A stretch of DNA of 64,000 nucleotides from Patescibacteria group bacterium. Lineage in GTDB: Bacteria; Patescibacteriota; Patescibacteriia; JAQUQO01. This document shows positions 19,281 to 29,608 of the stretch, in pieces. The translations under genes were made by a program, and so were the position numbers. Under the pieces are notes generated by a model. The model saw only the letters and a program-made list of their open reading frames with translations, did not search any database and was not told the DNA's origin. The stretch lies in the NCBI GenBank assembly GCA_028716045.1, contig JAQUQO010000001.1:384942-448941 (forward strand), written 5' to 3'. How positions within the stretch are numbered: the stretch's first letter is position 1; each line of letters opens with the position of its first letter.

Positions 19281-21842
19281 TTATTCTCCCTCTCGCGTTT
19301 TTTTCTGTACCACCCTCGTCCTCTCCAAAACCTCCATCTCCACCACTTTGCGGCTGCGCCCATATTTGAGACGCGACAACTCTCTGATATTTTTTGCTAA
19401 TTCCGCGTCCGCCCGCGCAATCTCATCAAGCGAAATCGTCGCCATATTGAACGGCGGCGGATTGGCGTTATCAATCAAAAGCTTAGCGTAGGCGTTATAT
19501 TTAGGGATATTTAAAAAATCGCGAACGGAAAAAATCGGTGCGAACTCTTTGACCATATGTTCGGCGTCTTCCACACCGATACGGAAACAAACCTTAGTGC
19601 CGACATTGCCGAAAATGGCATCACGGATTCTCGTATCATTATTTTTGACCAACTGACTGATGTATTGATGGCCGATGGTCAGACAGAGGCGATATTTGCG
19701 CGCTTCGGAAAGAATAACATTAACACTTTCCGTGAGAAAATTTTGAAACTCGTCAATGTAGAGATAAAAATCCTTTCTCTCTTCTTCGGGTATGTCCGCC
19801 CTACCCAAAGACGCCATGAGAATTTTCCCGATGATAATCATGCCGAGCAGATTAGCGTTGATTTCTCCGATCTTTCCCTTAGCCAGATTGACCAAAATAA
19901 TTTTACGGGAATCCATGGCCTCGCGGAAATTAAAAGCGCTTTTCTGCTGGGCGATAATCAACCTTACGAGATCATTGGCGATGAAGGGCGTGAGCTTGGA
20001 AGTGATGTAAGGAACCATATTGGCCAGCGACGCTTCTCCACCAGCTTTCTGCGCTTCTTTCTCCCAAAAATCTTTCACCACCGGCGTGCGGCATTTGGAA
20101 AGTTTAAATTTTCTGAATTCTTCGTCAGCTAAAACTTTCGGCACTTCCAAAAGCGTGGAGCCGGACTCGGGGTCATCCATAATCAACATCAGGGCGTTGC
20201 GCATATATTGCTCAAACATCGGTCCGCCGGTAGCTTTAAGGTCGTACAACTTTTCAAAAATAGCTAAAAGCTCATTGATGACAAAAATTTTCTGGTCTTC
20301 CGAATAATATTCAAGGATATTCATGGCCAGCGGCCGCTCAAAATCCGACGGGTCAAAAATAATCACGTCTTCCGCGCGTTCTCTGGGGATACGCTCTAAA
20401 ATATGTTCAATGGCATCGCCGTGCGGGTCAATAAAACAAACGCCCTCACCGTTTTTAATATCCCGCACCGCCAGACCTTCCTGAAACCACGACTTGCCCG
20501 TACCCGTCATACCAATAACATAAAGATGCCGGCGGCGATCCTCTCTTTTTATTCTTACTTCTGTTTTCACCCCGCGATAAGTATTGACTCCTAAAAGCAG
20601 ACCCTCGCGAGGAATATTATTGGGCGCCGGCGCGCTGCGAGAAAGAAGCCAGGCGATGCGCGGCGTTTCCATGGTCGGCAGAGGAAAATGGTAAATACTC
20701 GCCATCTCCTCGGTATTTAAAATAATTTTTTTATTTTCATTAAAATGGCGATAAATGAATTCTTTGATAATTTTTTTCAAACTAGATGGCGCGCTCTGCC
20801 GAAAACCATTGCCGTATTGATAAATATTATACTGATTAAAAGAATTGACGATATTGTCCAAAATTATTTTGCCGGCCTCGCGGCTCTTAGCCGAAGCCAT
20901 TACGCGGATATTCACTTCCATCCCCGCTTTACTGCTCTTCTCTTCCAGACCCTTGACCATTTCCTCTTCCAAAGGAGAAAGGCGATAAGGTTCGTTCTGT
21001 TTTGGCGGAAGACCGGGTTTAGAAGCCGCCCCGCTGGAAGCCGCCGCTTTGAATGTTTTGCCCAACTCGCCCCAAGCGCTTTTCTTTTCCACGGCCGAGA
21101 GTTTTTTACCCTGCTGCATGGCCGTGGCAATATGCACGCCTTCCTTACGCCACTCTACCCCCGCCGGGCGAAGAACAATCTGAATCGCCGCGCCGCTTTC
21201 TTCGTCTATTTTCGACAAAGAGTTGGTTAAAGTATTAAGCGGGTCGGATTCAAGTTTGCGATAAGTTTTAATGGGAAAAGCATTTTTACGCGTCAAAGTA
21301 AGATAGGTGCCAAGAATGACGCCTTGCGGAGAAAAAATATTATAATCCTCAACTTCTTCTATCACCGAGTCGGGATACTGCGCCTGTATCTGCTGTTCCA
21401 AATAATCGCGCAAATAAAGCGGGCAGGCGACGTAAAAATAAATAAGTCCGCGCCAAACGACAATCTCCAGGGCAATTTGGTCTTGCCGGCCGAAAAACCA
21501 GGTTTTCCAACCTTTTTCCCTGCGCAACCCGCCGATGCCACTGAAAAACGTCTCGGCCACGGCAATCATCTCCTGAATTTTCTGCAATCCCGCCTGTTCT
21601 TTTTTTTCTTCCCCGCCTAAATCTTTGGGCATTCTTACCGCCAGCACCACTTTTTTAAATCCATAAATTGTCTGACCTTTCTGCCGCAAAAAATTTCTAA
21701 TCCAAAAGATGATAAAAAATAAGACAAAAAAACCAAGAAGCGCCAAAAGAAGAAAATCCAAAACAGACACCGCTTCTCCGGTTTCTAGGGTGAGTTCGCT
21801 ACCGCCCAAATTAATAGTCGTTTGCCAAAAACTTAAAAGCAT
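19281..21842 (-). CDS. VirD4/TraG/TraD-family type IV secretion coupling ATPase-like protein (membrane-anchored)
   Basis: N-terminal TMs. Walker A HLYVIGMTGTGKSWF. FIDPHGD...IIFDPSDFERPLAMNIL matches coupling-protein motifs. Walker B YLYIDEFQNF. Confidence 0.7.
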   Translation of the reverse strand: MLLSFWQTTINLGGSELTLETGEAVSVLDFLLLALLGFFVLFFIIFWIRNFLRQKGQTIYGFKKVVLAVRMPKDLGGEEKKEQAGLQKIQEMIAVAETFFSGIGGLRREKGWKTWFFGRQDQIALEIVVWRGLIYFYVACPLYLRDYLEQQIQAQYPDSVIEEVEDYNIFSPQGVILGTYLTLTRKNAFPIKTYRKLESDPLNTLTNSLSKIDEESGAAIQIVLRPAGVEWRKEGVHIATAMQQGKKLSAVEKKSAWGELGKTFKAAASSGAASKPGLPPKQNEPYRLSPLEEEMVKGLEEKSSKAGMEVNIRVMASAKSREAGKIILDNIVNSFNQYNIYQYGNGFRQSAPSSLKKIIKEFIYRHFNENKKIILNTEEMASIYHFPLPTMETPRIAWLLSRSAPAPNNIPREGLLLGVNTYRGVKTEVRIKREDRRRHLYVIGMTGTGKSWFQEGLAVRDIKNGEGVCFIDPHGDAIEHILERIPRERAEDVIIFDPSDFERPLAMNILEYYSEDQKIFVINELLAIFEKLYDLKATGGPMFEQYMRNALMLIMDDPESGSTLLEVPKVLADEEFRKFKLSKCRTPVVKDFWEKEAQKAGGEASLANMVPYITSKLTPFIANDLVRLIIAQQKSAFNFREAMDSRKIILVNLAKGKIGEINANLLGMIIIGKILMASLGRADIPEEERKDFYLYIDEFQNFLTESVNVILSEARKYRLCLTIGHQYISQLVKNNDTRIRDAIFGNVGTKVCFRIGVEDAEHMVKEFAPIFSVRDFLNIPKYNAYAKLLIDNANPPPFNMATISLDEIARADAELAKNIRELSRLKYGRSRKVVEMEVLERTRVVQKKTREGE

Positions 21843-21843
21843 T

Positions 21844-22341
21844 TTATTTTCTTTGGCTTAAATCTAAAATTTTGTCGGCCTTGATTTTAGCCTCCTGTTC
21901 CAGAAAAAATTGATTGACTCCCGGAATAATCTTCAGCCATTTTTTTATAAGATTCAAAATTTTATGCGCATTAATTCTGACTGCTTTAATCATTTTTTCT
22001 ATCCTGCTAGCCGTCTCCTCCCCGCGCTCTTTAAACTGTTTTCGCTTTTCCGGGGGCAAGCTAAAATAAACCTCGTCCAAATCCTCGGAGAGTATGTTTT
22101 CTATTTCCAAAAACGTCGGACTTTTGTAAGGAGTCGTCGGAGTTACCGGCGCACCACTCGGAATTTCCACTTTTCCCTCTCTTTTCTCGCCCTCCTCTTC
22201 CTTTTCTTGCGGTAAAAATTCTGGGGCTTTCTCGGGCGCGTTTTCTTTGACAACTTCTTTTTTGGGAAACTCCTCGGATTTTATTTCTTTTGAAAAATTC
22301 GCTTCTCCGGTTTCTATTTTTTTACTGTCATCTTCTGGCAT
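21844..22341 (-). CDS. Hypothetical Glu/Lys-rich protein
   Basis: 165 aa and low complexity. It abuts the ATPase gene. Confidence 0.35.
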   Translation of the reverse strand: MPEDDSKKIETGEANFSKEIKSEEFPKKEVVKENAPEKAPEFLPQEKEEEGEKREGKVEIPSGAPVTPTTPYKSPTFLEIENILSEDLDEVYFSLPPEKRKQFKERGEETASRIEKMIKAVRINAHKILNLIKKWLKIIPGVNQFFLEQEAKIKADKILDLSQRK

Positions 22342-22430
22342 AAATAACGGGAAAGGGTAATTTATTCACTATATTATAGCATTTTATAAAGAAAAAATAA
22401 AACAACGACAATTGATAAGCGGGTTGATTG

Positions 22431-23816
22431 TTATTCTAATCTTTTCACCTTTGTCCCCTGCTCCGTATCTTCCACCTCAAACCCCAATTTTTGTATTTCC
22501 TCGCGCCAGCGGTCGGATTCCGCCCAATCTTTACTTTGACGGGCTTTATCGCGTTTTTCTATTAATTCTTTGACTCTTGATGGTATTTTAATTTTTTCTT
22601 TCCTGACATCATCCAAGTTCAATCCTAATACTTCGTCAAACTTCAAGAGTGTTTTCTTTTTAGCGCGCCGGGAAATCTTTTCATCTTTCAAAAGTTCCCA
22701 CGCCACCGCCAAGGCCTGCGGGATATTTAGGTCGTCGTTAATCGCTTCACAAAATTGGCGCTCATAGTTCTCGTCCACCTTGCCAAACCAAAATCTGCCA
22801 AGCTCCGCTATTTTTTTATACAAATTATCCAGCGCGTTTTTGGCTCCCGCCAGCGACTCCCAACTAAATTCTACTGGATTATGATAATGAGTGTTTAAAA
22901 GCAGGTAACGATAAGCCAAGGCGTTAAAACCTTTTTTTTGAAGCGCGCCTAAAGTTAAAAAATTTTCCGCGGACTTAGCCATCTTTTCTCCGCCCTTTAA
23001 AATTACAAACTCATTATGTATCCAAAATTTAACCACCTCTTTGCCGGTCGCCGCCATATTCTGCGCCCGCTCATTGGTATGATGAACGGGAATGTGGTCA
23101 CGGCCGCCGGTATGAATATCAATGGCCTCGCCCAGATATTCCATAGACATAGCCGAGCATTCAATATGCCAGCCGGGAAACCCAACCCCCCAAGGGCTTT
23201 CCCATTCTTGCTGGCGCTTCTTGCCCGCTGGAGAAAATTTCCACAAAGCAAAATCGGTGGTATTTTTTTTATCGCAAAATTCTACCCTCTCCCCCGCCCG
23301 CAATCCTTCAACGTCTAACCCGGCCAGCCGCCCGTAGTCCTTAATTTTAGAAGTGTCAAAATAAATTCCATCTTTAGTGCGATAAGTATAGCCCTTGCTT
23401 TCCAATTTTTTTATCAGCTTGATTTGCTCTTCTAGGTGGTCTGTGGCTCGGCAAAAAATATCGGGAAAATTGATATTAAGATTTTTTAAATCCTTTAAAA
23501 ATGCCTCAGAGTAAAAACGAGCTATCTCTTGAGGCGATTTTCCTTCCCGCTCCGCGCCTTTCTCCAACTTATCTTCGCCTTCATCGGCGTCGGAAGTGAG
23601 ATGCCCGACATCGGTGATATTCATCACTTGTTTGACTTTATAGCCGTTGTATTTCAAAACGCGCACCAAAACATCGGCAAAAACGTAAGAACGCAAATTG
23701 CCGACGTGAGCGTAATTATAAACAGTCGGGCCACAGGTATAAATCCCGACTTTATTGTCATTTAGCGGCTTAAATTTTTCCTTACTGCGGGTTAAAGTAT
23801 TATAAAGATTCAGCAT
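22431..23816 (-). CDS. cysS: Cysteine--tRNA ligase
   Basis: [21 protein letters not shown] (HIGH region), KMAKSAENF (KMSKS) and a Zn-binding Cys are present. Confidence 0.95.
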   Translation of the reverse strand: MLNLYNTLTRSKEKFKPLNDNKVGIYTCGPTVYNYAHVGNLRSYVFADVLVRVLKYNGYKVKQVMNITDVGHLTSDADEGEDKLEKGAEREGKSPQEIARFYSEAFLKDLKNLNINFPDIFCRATDHLEEQIKLIKKLESKGYTYRTKDGIYFDTSKIKDYGRLAGLDVEGLRAGERVEFCDKKNTTDFALWKFSPAGKKRQQEWESPWGVGFPGWHIECSAMSMEYLGEAIDIHTGGRDHIPVHHTNERAQNMAATGKEVVKFWIHNEFVILKGGEKMAKSAENFLTLGALQKKGFNALAYRYLLLNTHYHNPVEFSWESLAGAKNALDNLYKKIAELGRFWFGKVDENYERQFCEAINDDLNIPQALAVAWELLKDEKISRRAKKKTLLKFDEVLGLNLDDVRKEKIKIPSRVKELIEKRDKARQSKDWAESDRWREEIQKLGFEVEDTEQGTKVKRLE

Positions 23817-23858
23817 ATTTTTAGCATAACAAAAAAGGGCCGTTTTGAACAGGCCCTT

Positions 23859-24806
23859 CTAATTGAATTTTTTAAAAGAAAAAAACCGAACCCTGGGACC
23901 TTCTTCTACCTTAACGGAGTTTTGACTTTCATAAATATCGCCGTCCACCGTGAACATCGTCTTCTCAAAACCAGCCAGTGTTATCTCTTCGGCCGAGCTA
24001 TTGATATACCTATCGCTTTTAGGGATTATCGCATAGGCCAAAAATGGAAGACGGCTGACGATAGCTAACGGAGAAACCGCGTAAGCCAAGAATCTGAATC
24101 CCCGCAAACCGTGAGTATCACGGAACGGGCGAAAGCCGAAAATGACGCGATGGATAACCGAACAGTAAAGAACCGTAAATTCTCTGCGCCCGATTTTAAC
24201 TCCGTCAATCTCCGCCGAGCATTCCAATTTTCTCAAAAATTCTTGAAATCTTACCGGCCAGCCGATTAAAACCGCCAAAATAGAAAAAATAAATATCTTG
24301 GCGACTTGCCATAATCCCTTGGGGCCGTTTTCATATTCTTTCAAAAAATTCACTGCCGGGCCCAAGGCCACTTCTAAACCGTACAAGTTTTCCGACTCGG
24401 AACCGGATACTTTAAGCAGAGATAGCCCGCGGCAAAATTTCTTCACATTTTCTTCTTTCCGCAATAAAGAAATTATTTTTGTCACGGCGTAAGCCGAATT
24501 ATGGGGAATCCCCAAAGCGGTGGCAGCAATATCCATTGTCCCGCCATGAAGAGGGACAAGCAAAGGAATTTCTGCTTCCTCGCCGAAAAAATTAAACCAA
24601 TCAGTCAGAAAACGGTGAAGAGTGCCATCGCCGCCATAGATAAATAAAACGTCAATCTTGTCCCGCCTTATTTTTTCCAATAATCCTCTTATCGCTTTTT
24701 CTTTTTTGGGAACATATAAAAAGGGTGGCGATTCCTGCAGCGTTATCCCATATAATTCCGCCCCCCGCCGACCGGCAAAAATATTGCCGTAAGTACCTAC
24801 TTTCAT
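23859..24806 (-). CDS. Diacylglycerol-kinase catalytic-domain (DAGK_cat/YegS-like) lipid kinase
   Basis: VLFIYGGDGTLHRF and LLVPLHGGTMDIA motifs are present. The promoter overlaps palindromic element copy 3. Confidence 0.6.
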   Translation of the reverse strand: MKVGTYGNIFAGRRGAELYGITLQESPPFLYVPKKEKAIRGLLEKIRRDKIDVLFIYGGDGTLHRFLTDWFNFFGEEAEIPLLVPLHGGTMDIAATALGIPHNSAYAVTKIISLLRKEENVKKFCRGLSLLKVSGSESENLYGLEVALGPAVNFLKEYENGPKGLWQVAKIFIFSILAVLIGWPVRFQEFLRKLECSAEIDGVKIGRREFTVLYCSVIHRVIFGFRPFRDTHGLRGFRFLAYAVSPLAIVSRLPFLAYAIIPKSDRYINSSAEEITLAGFEKTMFTVDGDIYESQNSVKVEEGPRVRFFSFKKFN

Positions 24807-24837
24807 TTTTACCTCCCTCCCCTATAATCTAGCGTGG

Positions 24838-24868
24838 GGCTTATCCCGTCAGTCGCGACTGACGGTTC
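24838..24868. repeat. Palindromic operator element copy 3 (core cccgtcagtcgcgactgacgg)
   Basis: Perfect 21-bp core palindrome lying 32 bp upstream of the kinase start codon. Confidence 0.65.
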
Positions 24869-24994
24869 TTAGTTTTTAATGAGCTTTAATTTAAAATAAA
24901 CCTACTGCCCCATCTTAACAAAACAGATATTTTTTATCAAGCATAAAAAAGGGGCCGTAAAGGCCCCTTTTATGTTTATTGAAAAAATCTAAAA

Positions 24995-26137
24995 CTATAA
25001 AGCGCAACAATACATCTTTAATACCGCGTTGTTAGCGTCTTTCTCAATACCGGCAACGTATTTATTTTCAGGACAAGTAAACTGCCCGACGCCGAACTGA
25101 ATGGGTGTCCAGGCACAGTTATCGCGAGTATTGCTCGAAGCACTTAAATTACCTTGAGTTGTTAAATCTCCACCCGCATTGATAGAACCGCTATTTGTAG
25201 TTATAGAACCAAATGTGCTGTTGATATTACCTTTTACGTAAACAGAAGCGGCATTGGGTTCAGCGTTTGGATCTATATAATAAGTACTGTCTGTGTCTAA
25301 AATAAAGGGTAATTTTATCCTGCCCGCCAAATTACCGGCATCACTGCTATTGGCCGGGTCTAAATAATAACTGGAATTGTCTTTATCTTGAAATTGTGTG
25401 CCATAAATAAGACCAGTAGACGTCAATTTATTTAGAGTCACCTCACCATTTATTATGTAATCGGCAGTAACCGAATCATCAGCTCTTTTTAAATAATAAC
25501 CATTGGCGCAATTAGTAATGTCTGAACAGGCTGTCTGACAAGATAAATCCTCGCACTGGATTGTGCTGATATCCGCCCAGTCCTCAATACAACCACGACC
25601 GTCGGATAAATCCGTATCCCAAGCATTAAGGCAAAGATAATCATCAACTCTCACTGCGTCACGGCCGCTATAATCGCGTAATTCCAGTTCTCCGCCAGCG
25701 CCATAATTGCTCTGAAGCGCGATTGAACCAACCCCGGAATAGATATTTACCCCGCTCTGACCTTTCACGGTGGCATAACTATTCCTGCTATATAAACTCG
25801 CGCTCCCCGTGGTCTCAAGATTAAGCGTGGAATTATCGCCAGTTCTCCATTCGCCGGCGACATTATCATACCCTGCCCTGATATACATCGGCGAGCTGAC
25901 GCCAAGCCACTTGTTGGCTATTTCGTTTATTTGGAGACCGCCCAAAATTAAATTTCCGGTTTTAGTTTGGATATCACTGCCGGCATTAAGCGGCGCGGCA
26001 ACGTTGTTCCCCGCCGGAGGGGCAGTCGGGCCCTGCCAGGCATAAAGATAATTTACCGAAAGAGCGCCGGCGACAAAAAGAAAAATAAACACCGCCACAA
26101 AAATTGACAGTTTGGTTAATTTAGTTAGTTTGGACAT
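24995..26137 (-). CDS. Secreted/membrane-anchored beta-rich protein with Cys-containing C-terminal region
   Basis: N-terminal TM anchor, Gly/Ser/Asn/Thr-rich region, and Cys pairs near the C-terminus. Confidence 0.45.
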   Translation of the reverse strand: MSKLTKLTKLSIFVAVFIFLFVAGALSVNYLYAWQGPTAPPAGNNVAAPLNAGSDIQTKTGNLILGGLQINEIANKWLGVSSPMYIRAGYDNVAGEWRTGDNSTLNLETTGSASLYSRNSYATVKGQSGVNIYSGVGSIALQSNYGAGGELELRDYSGRDAVRVDDYLCLNAWDTDLSDGRGCIEDWADISTIQCEDLSCQTACSDITNCANGYYLKRADDSVTADYIINGEVTLNKLTSTGLIYGTQFQDKDNSSYYLDPANSSDAGNLAGRIKLPFILDTDSTYYIDPNAEPNAASVYVKGNINSTFGSITTNSGSINAGGDLTTQGNLSASSNTRDNCAWTPIQFGVGQFTCPENKYVAGIEKDANNAVLKMYCCAL

Positions 26138-26155
26138 ACGATTTTATAATTATAT

Positions 26156-26716
26156 TTAATAAACTCTGATTTCTTTGGCGATAAAGGACTCGGACCAATA
26201 AATATCAGCTTCCGAGGAAACAGTAATCTTGTCTCCGACATTCAGGGATTCCAACGGATACACCATTTCCGTGAAAGTTTTCTGTCGGAGCGGCGTCTCG
26301 GTCCCGGCTTGCCGCGCGGCTTCCCTATTTTTTTCGTAAGCCAACTCTTCCGCGGCTAATTGGTCAGCCGACTTCTCAATGACTTTTATAATTGAATAAT
26401 TTTTATCAAGCGACGCCACTCTCTCAACCGGCGCCCGCGGAGCCAGTGGATTTTGACTGGGCTGTTCGGCGTTAAAGTATATTTTTTTATTAGCAACATC
26501 AATCTTGGTTATCTCGCCTTTTAAATTGAAAGCTGCTTCTTCTCCATCAGGAAAAACCCCGGTTTCATCAATCGCCTGTCCGGCCAAAGACCAGGCCTTA
26601 TCTGCTCCCGCCTGATAGCCGAAATAAAAACCCGTGTAGACAAACCCGAGAATGATGGTAACCCCGACCAAAATAGCAAGTAAAATTTTTAGCCCGAAAA
26701 GAATATGCTTTTGCAT
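26156..26716 (-). CDS. Membrane-anchored hypothetical protein
   Basis: 186 aa with an N-terminal TM. Confidence 0.4.
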   Translation of the reverse strand: MQKHILFGLKILLAILVGVTIILGFVYTGFYFGYQAGADKAWSLAGQAIDETGVFPDGEEAAFNLKGEITKIDVANKKIYFNAEQPSQNPLAPRAPVERVASLDKNYSIIKVIEKSADQLAAEELAYEKNREAARQAGTETPLRQKTFTEMVYPLESLNVGDKITVSSEADIYWSESFIAKEIRVY

Positions 26717-26794
26717 AGGTTTATGTTATCAATAATTTATATAATTATAGCACATGGAATGTAAAACTTATAATTTCTGGCTTGAAACCGCCAC

Positions 26795-27334
26795 CTATTC
26801 CCCTTCTTCCTCTTTGTCTCTAGCGAGAACAATGGCCACAATCGGCGCTACCAACCAAAAAAACCTCCCGGCGTCTCCCGTAAACACATCCTTGGTTAAA
26901 GGCGCTAGTTTGCTGACCGCCTCGGGAGCTAAATAGGACAAGACCACGCTGATTAAAAGGCCGACGTGTAAAAAGGAGAAGAGAATCACTTGCCACCATT
27001 TGCCCAGGCCGCGGGATTTGGCGATTGTTCCCATCAGCCCGCTGCGAGACAAGAGAAAAAAGAGAACCAAAAAAACACCTAAAAAGGTGGTTATTTTAAA
27101 AACAAAAAAATTGTTGATATTTATCTCCGCTTGAAGCCCCTTAATATAGGGGGCGGTATTAACGACCGCCAAAGCCATGTAAATACTTACTAAAATCACG
27201 ATTATCCTGTCGCGGCCCAAAGAAAGCCCGTAAAGCAGGGAAACCACTATAAAGAACACAAAAATAAGGAGGTCCCAACTTGGGTTTGACCAATTGACCG
27301 AACTTATCCACTTAACGATTGGCTCAAAATTCAT
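26795..27334 (-). CDS. Polytopic membrane protein
   Basis: 179 aa with 5-6 TM segments. Confidence 0.45.
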   Translation of the reverse strand: MNFEPIVKWISSVNWSNPSWDLLIFVFFIVVSLLYGLSLGRDRIIVILVSIYMALAVVNTAPYIKGLQAEININNFFVFKITTFLGVFLVLFFLLSRSGLMGTIAKSRGLGKWWQVILFSFLHVGLLISVVLSYLAPEAVSKLAPLTKDVFTGDAGRFFWLVAPIVAIVLARDKEEEGE

Positions 27335-27475
27335 CTGTTGATAATTTATGCTTACTGTATTTAGTATAGCAAAAAAAATAAAACAATAAAAGACACAACT
27401 ATTAGCTGTGTCTTACTAAAAAACTAAAACCATTACCAAAAAACCGTTTATCCCCCCATACTTTAAACATCCCTT

Positions 27476-27808
27476 TTACATGCAACCCTTTGACAATACA
27501 GATAAAACAATAATAATTACCCCGATTTGAACATAAAGTGGCTGGTCGGATAGGTCGACTTTAGGTGAAGAAGCAATTTTCACAATGGTTGCTATTACAA
27601 GAACGGCAATAGGAAGGCCAAAAATACAACCCATAATTTCTCTGCCTGACCAGTTTTTTTCTTTTTTTTCCTCTACGCGTTTGGCAGCTAAATTTCCCAT
27701 AGGCGGGCTATCCCATCTTGGCTCTTTATTTAACCCTTGACCTTCGGCGGGTTTAAAAGGGTCGGGTGGCGGTTTAATGTTAGAATCTTTTGGACCAAAA
27801 TTACCCAT
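27476..27808 (-). CDS. Small double-TM membrane protein
   Basis: 110 aa with a Pro-rich N-terminus and two hydrophobic segments. Confidence 0.35.
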   Translation of the reverse strand: MGNFGPKDSNIKPPPDPFKPAEGQGLNKEPRWDSPPMGNLAAKRVEEKKEKNWSGREIMGCIFGLPIAVLVIATIVKIASSPKVDLSDQPLYVQIGVIIIVLSVLSKGCM

Positions 27809-27976
27809 TATTATTTCTCCTTTTCTTCAAAAATTCTTTCCTAAAAGTTTATTTTAATTGTCAAATAACGTTTCTTTCTCCGCCTATATTATAAACAAAA
27901 GAGACGGGAAAGTCAAGGTTTAGCAAAATAAAAAAGCGCGATTGGCGAACCGCGCTTAAAAGTAGAAAGTAAAAAA

Positions 27977-28162
27977 TTATTCTTCACCGGTTTCGGCTTC
28001 GTCTTTGCCGTGGCTTACTATAAGCGTAGCCAACATGACAAATAATATCAGGATTTTAACCGCCCCCCGCAAAATTATTTCGCCGACCCGTTTGAAAAAA
28101 TCAGCGAAACGGTCAGCTATCCTGTAATCCGGCAAGACAATTTCACCTTGTTTCGTACCCAT
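27977..28162 (-). CDS. Small single-TM protein
   Basis: 61 aa. A hairpin terminator lies at 27930-27958 downstream. Confidence 0.3.
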   Translation of the reverse strand: MGTKQGEIVLPDYRIADRFADFFKRVGEIILRGAVKILILFVMLATLIVSHGKDEAETGEE

Positions 28163-28283
28163 CGTTCCTCCTTTTAAAAATGTTTACAAAACGAACTTTT
28201 TTATTGATATTTATTATAGAATAAAGCAGGGAAAATGTCAATAGTAAACAACCGCTGACCAAAAACAATAATCAATTTTTAAG

Positions 28284-29375
28284 TTATTCTTTCCCCCACT
28301 CCTCCAGCATCTTTTTTTGTTTCCGGGTGAGATTTTTCGGCACTTCCACTTTCACGGTTACGAGCTGGTCCCCGCGCCCCGAACCGCGAAGTTTCGGCAC
28401 CCCGCGTCCCTTGATTCTGAAAATTGTTCCTGACTGCGTGCCGGCCGGAATTTTTAAATTAACCGAACCGTCAATGGTGCTGACTTCAACCTTATCACCT
28501 AACGCCGCCTGCGGGAAAGAAATAGTGATAGTATTTAAAATATCAAAGGCGTCACGGGAAAATTCCGGATGCGGCTTAACGTTAAAATTAACATAAAGAT
28601 TGCCGGCTAAACCATCGCGGCCAACCGCTTCGCCCTTGCCCGAGTATTTGACAGTGTCGCCGCTATTTATCCCCGCCGGAATTTTGACTTTTATCTTCTC
28701 GTTCCCCTTTTTAATCCCCGCTCCGCGGCATTCCGAGCAGAGCTTCTCCGGCTTATTACCCGCTCCGCGGCATTCCGGACAAACAGAAGATGTTTCCATG
28801 GCGCCTAAAAAAGTCCGCTGGACTTTGCGAACTCTGCCCGCTCCACCGCAAGAGACGCAAGAAATTATTTTACTCCCCGGCTCCGCGCCACTGCCGCCGC
28901 AACGCTCACAAATTATATTTTTATATAACTCTAATTCTTTCTCACCACCGAACACCGCTTCGCGAAAATCAATCTGCAAATCAACTTCTATATCGCGTCC
29001 TTTGGCGCGGGTGGCCGTTTTGGTTCTCTGCCCGCCGAACGAACCGCCAAAAATATCTCCAAGTCCGCCAAACAAATCACCCAAATCATCCATGTTAATG
29101 TTAAACCCGCCGCTTTGGAATCCGCCAAACGGATTTCCTCCGCCAAATCCGCCGGCTCCCATATTTTCAAAGGTGGTGCCGAATTGGTCATACTGTTTTC
29201 TTTTTTCCAAATTGCCCAAAACCTGATAGGCCTCGTTTATTTCTTTGAACTTCGCCTCATCGCCGCCCTCTTTATCTGGATGGTATTTATGCGCCAGTTG
29301 CCTAAAAGCGCGCTTGACCTCTTCAGCCGAAGCGCTTTTTTCTATTCCTAAAATTTTATAATAATCTTTGGACAT
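28284..29375 (-). CDS. dnaJ: Chaperone DnaJ
   Basis: J-domain YYKILGI...HKYHPDK, G/F region, and four CxxCxGxG zinc-finger repeats. Confidence 0.95.
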   Translation of the reverse strand: MSKDYYKILGIEKSASAEEVKRAFRQLAHKYHPDKEGGDEAKFKEINEAYQVLGNLEKRKQYDQFGTTFENMGAGGFGGGNPFGGFQSGGFNINMDDLGDLFGGLGDIFGGSFGGQRTKTATRAKGRDIEVDLQIDFREAVFGGEKELELYKNIICERCGGSGAEPGSKIISCVSCGGAGRVRKVQRTFLGAMETSSVCPECRGAGNKPEKLCSECRGAGIKKGNEKIKVKIPAGINSGDTVKYSGKGEAVGRDGLAGNLYVNFNVKPHPEFSRDAFDILNTITISFPQAALGDKVEVSTIDGSVNLKIPAGTQSGTIFRIKGRGVPKLRGSGRGDQLVTVKVEVPKNLTRKQKKMLEEWGKE

Positions 29376-29385
29376 AACTTGAAAC

Positions 29386-29448
29386 TCACAACTTGTAACT
29401 TAAAACTTGAAACATATAACCTAAAATTTGAAACTTAATCCCTTCCTT
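29386..29448. repeat. AACTTGAAA-type short tandem/imperfect repeats
   Basis: aacttgaaactcacaacttgtaacttaaaacttgaaacatataacctaaaatttgaaactt. Similar ATAAC/AACTT motifs occur at 18549-18632 and 32416-32446. Confidence 0.5.
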
Positions 29449-29523
29449 AAACAAGCCTGCCTACGGTTCGACTGAGCTCACCAAAGTCCGGCAGGCAGGG
29501 AGGGGTTGGGGTAGAAAGAAACA

Positions 29524-29595
29524 TTGTCATCCTGAGCGTAGCGAAGGATCTCTGTCTAGATTCTTCGCCCCGAGAACTCGGGATCAGAATGACAA
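29524..29595. repeat. Family-1 palindromic MITE-like element (short copy)
   Basis: ttgtcatcctga...gaatc-tctgtcta-gattc...cccgagaactcggg...tcagaatgacaa. Confidence 0.7.
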
Positions 29596-29608
29596 TTGAC
29601 CTTTTTTA

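Noticed and set aside
28327-29351. Plus-strand ORFs inside dnaJ, including a 208-aa Pro-rich ORF
   Set aside because: They are antisense to dnaJ. The Pro-rich composition results from the complementary Gly-rich G/F region.
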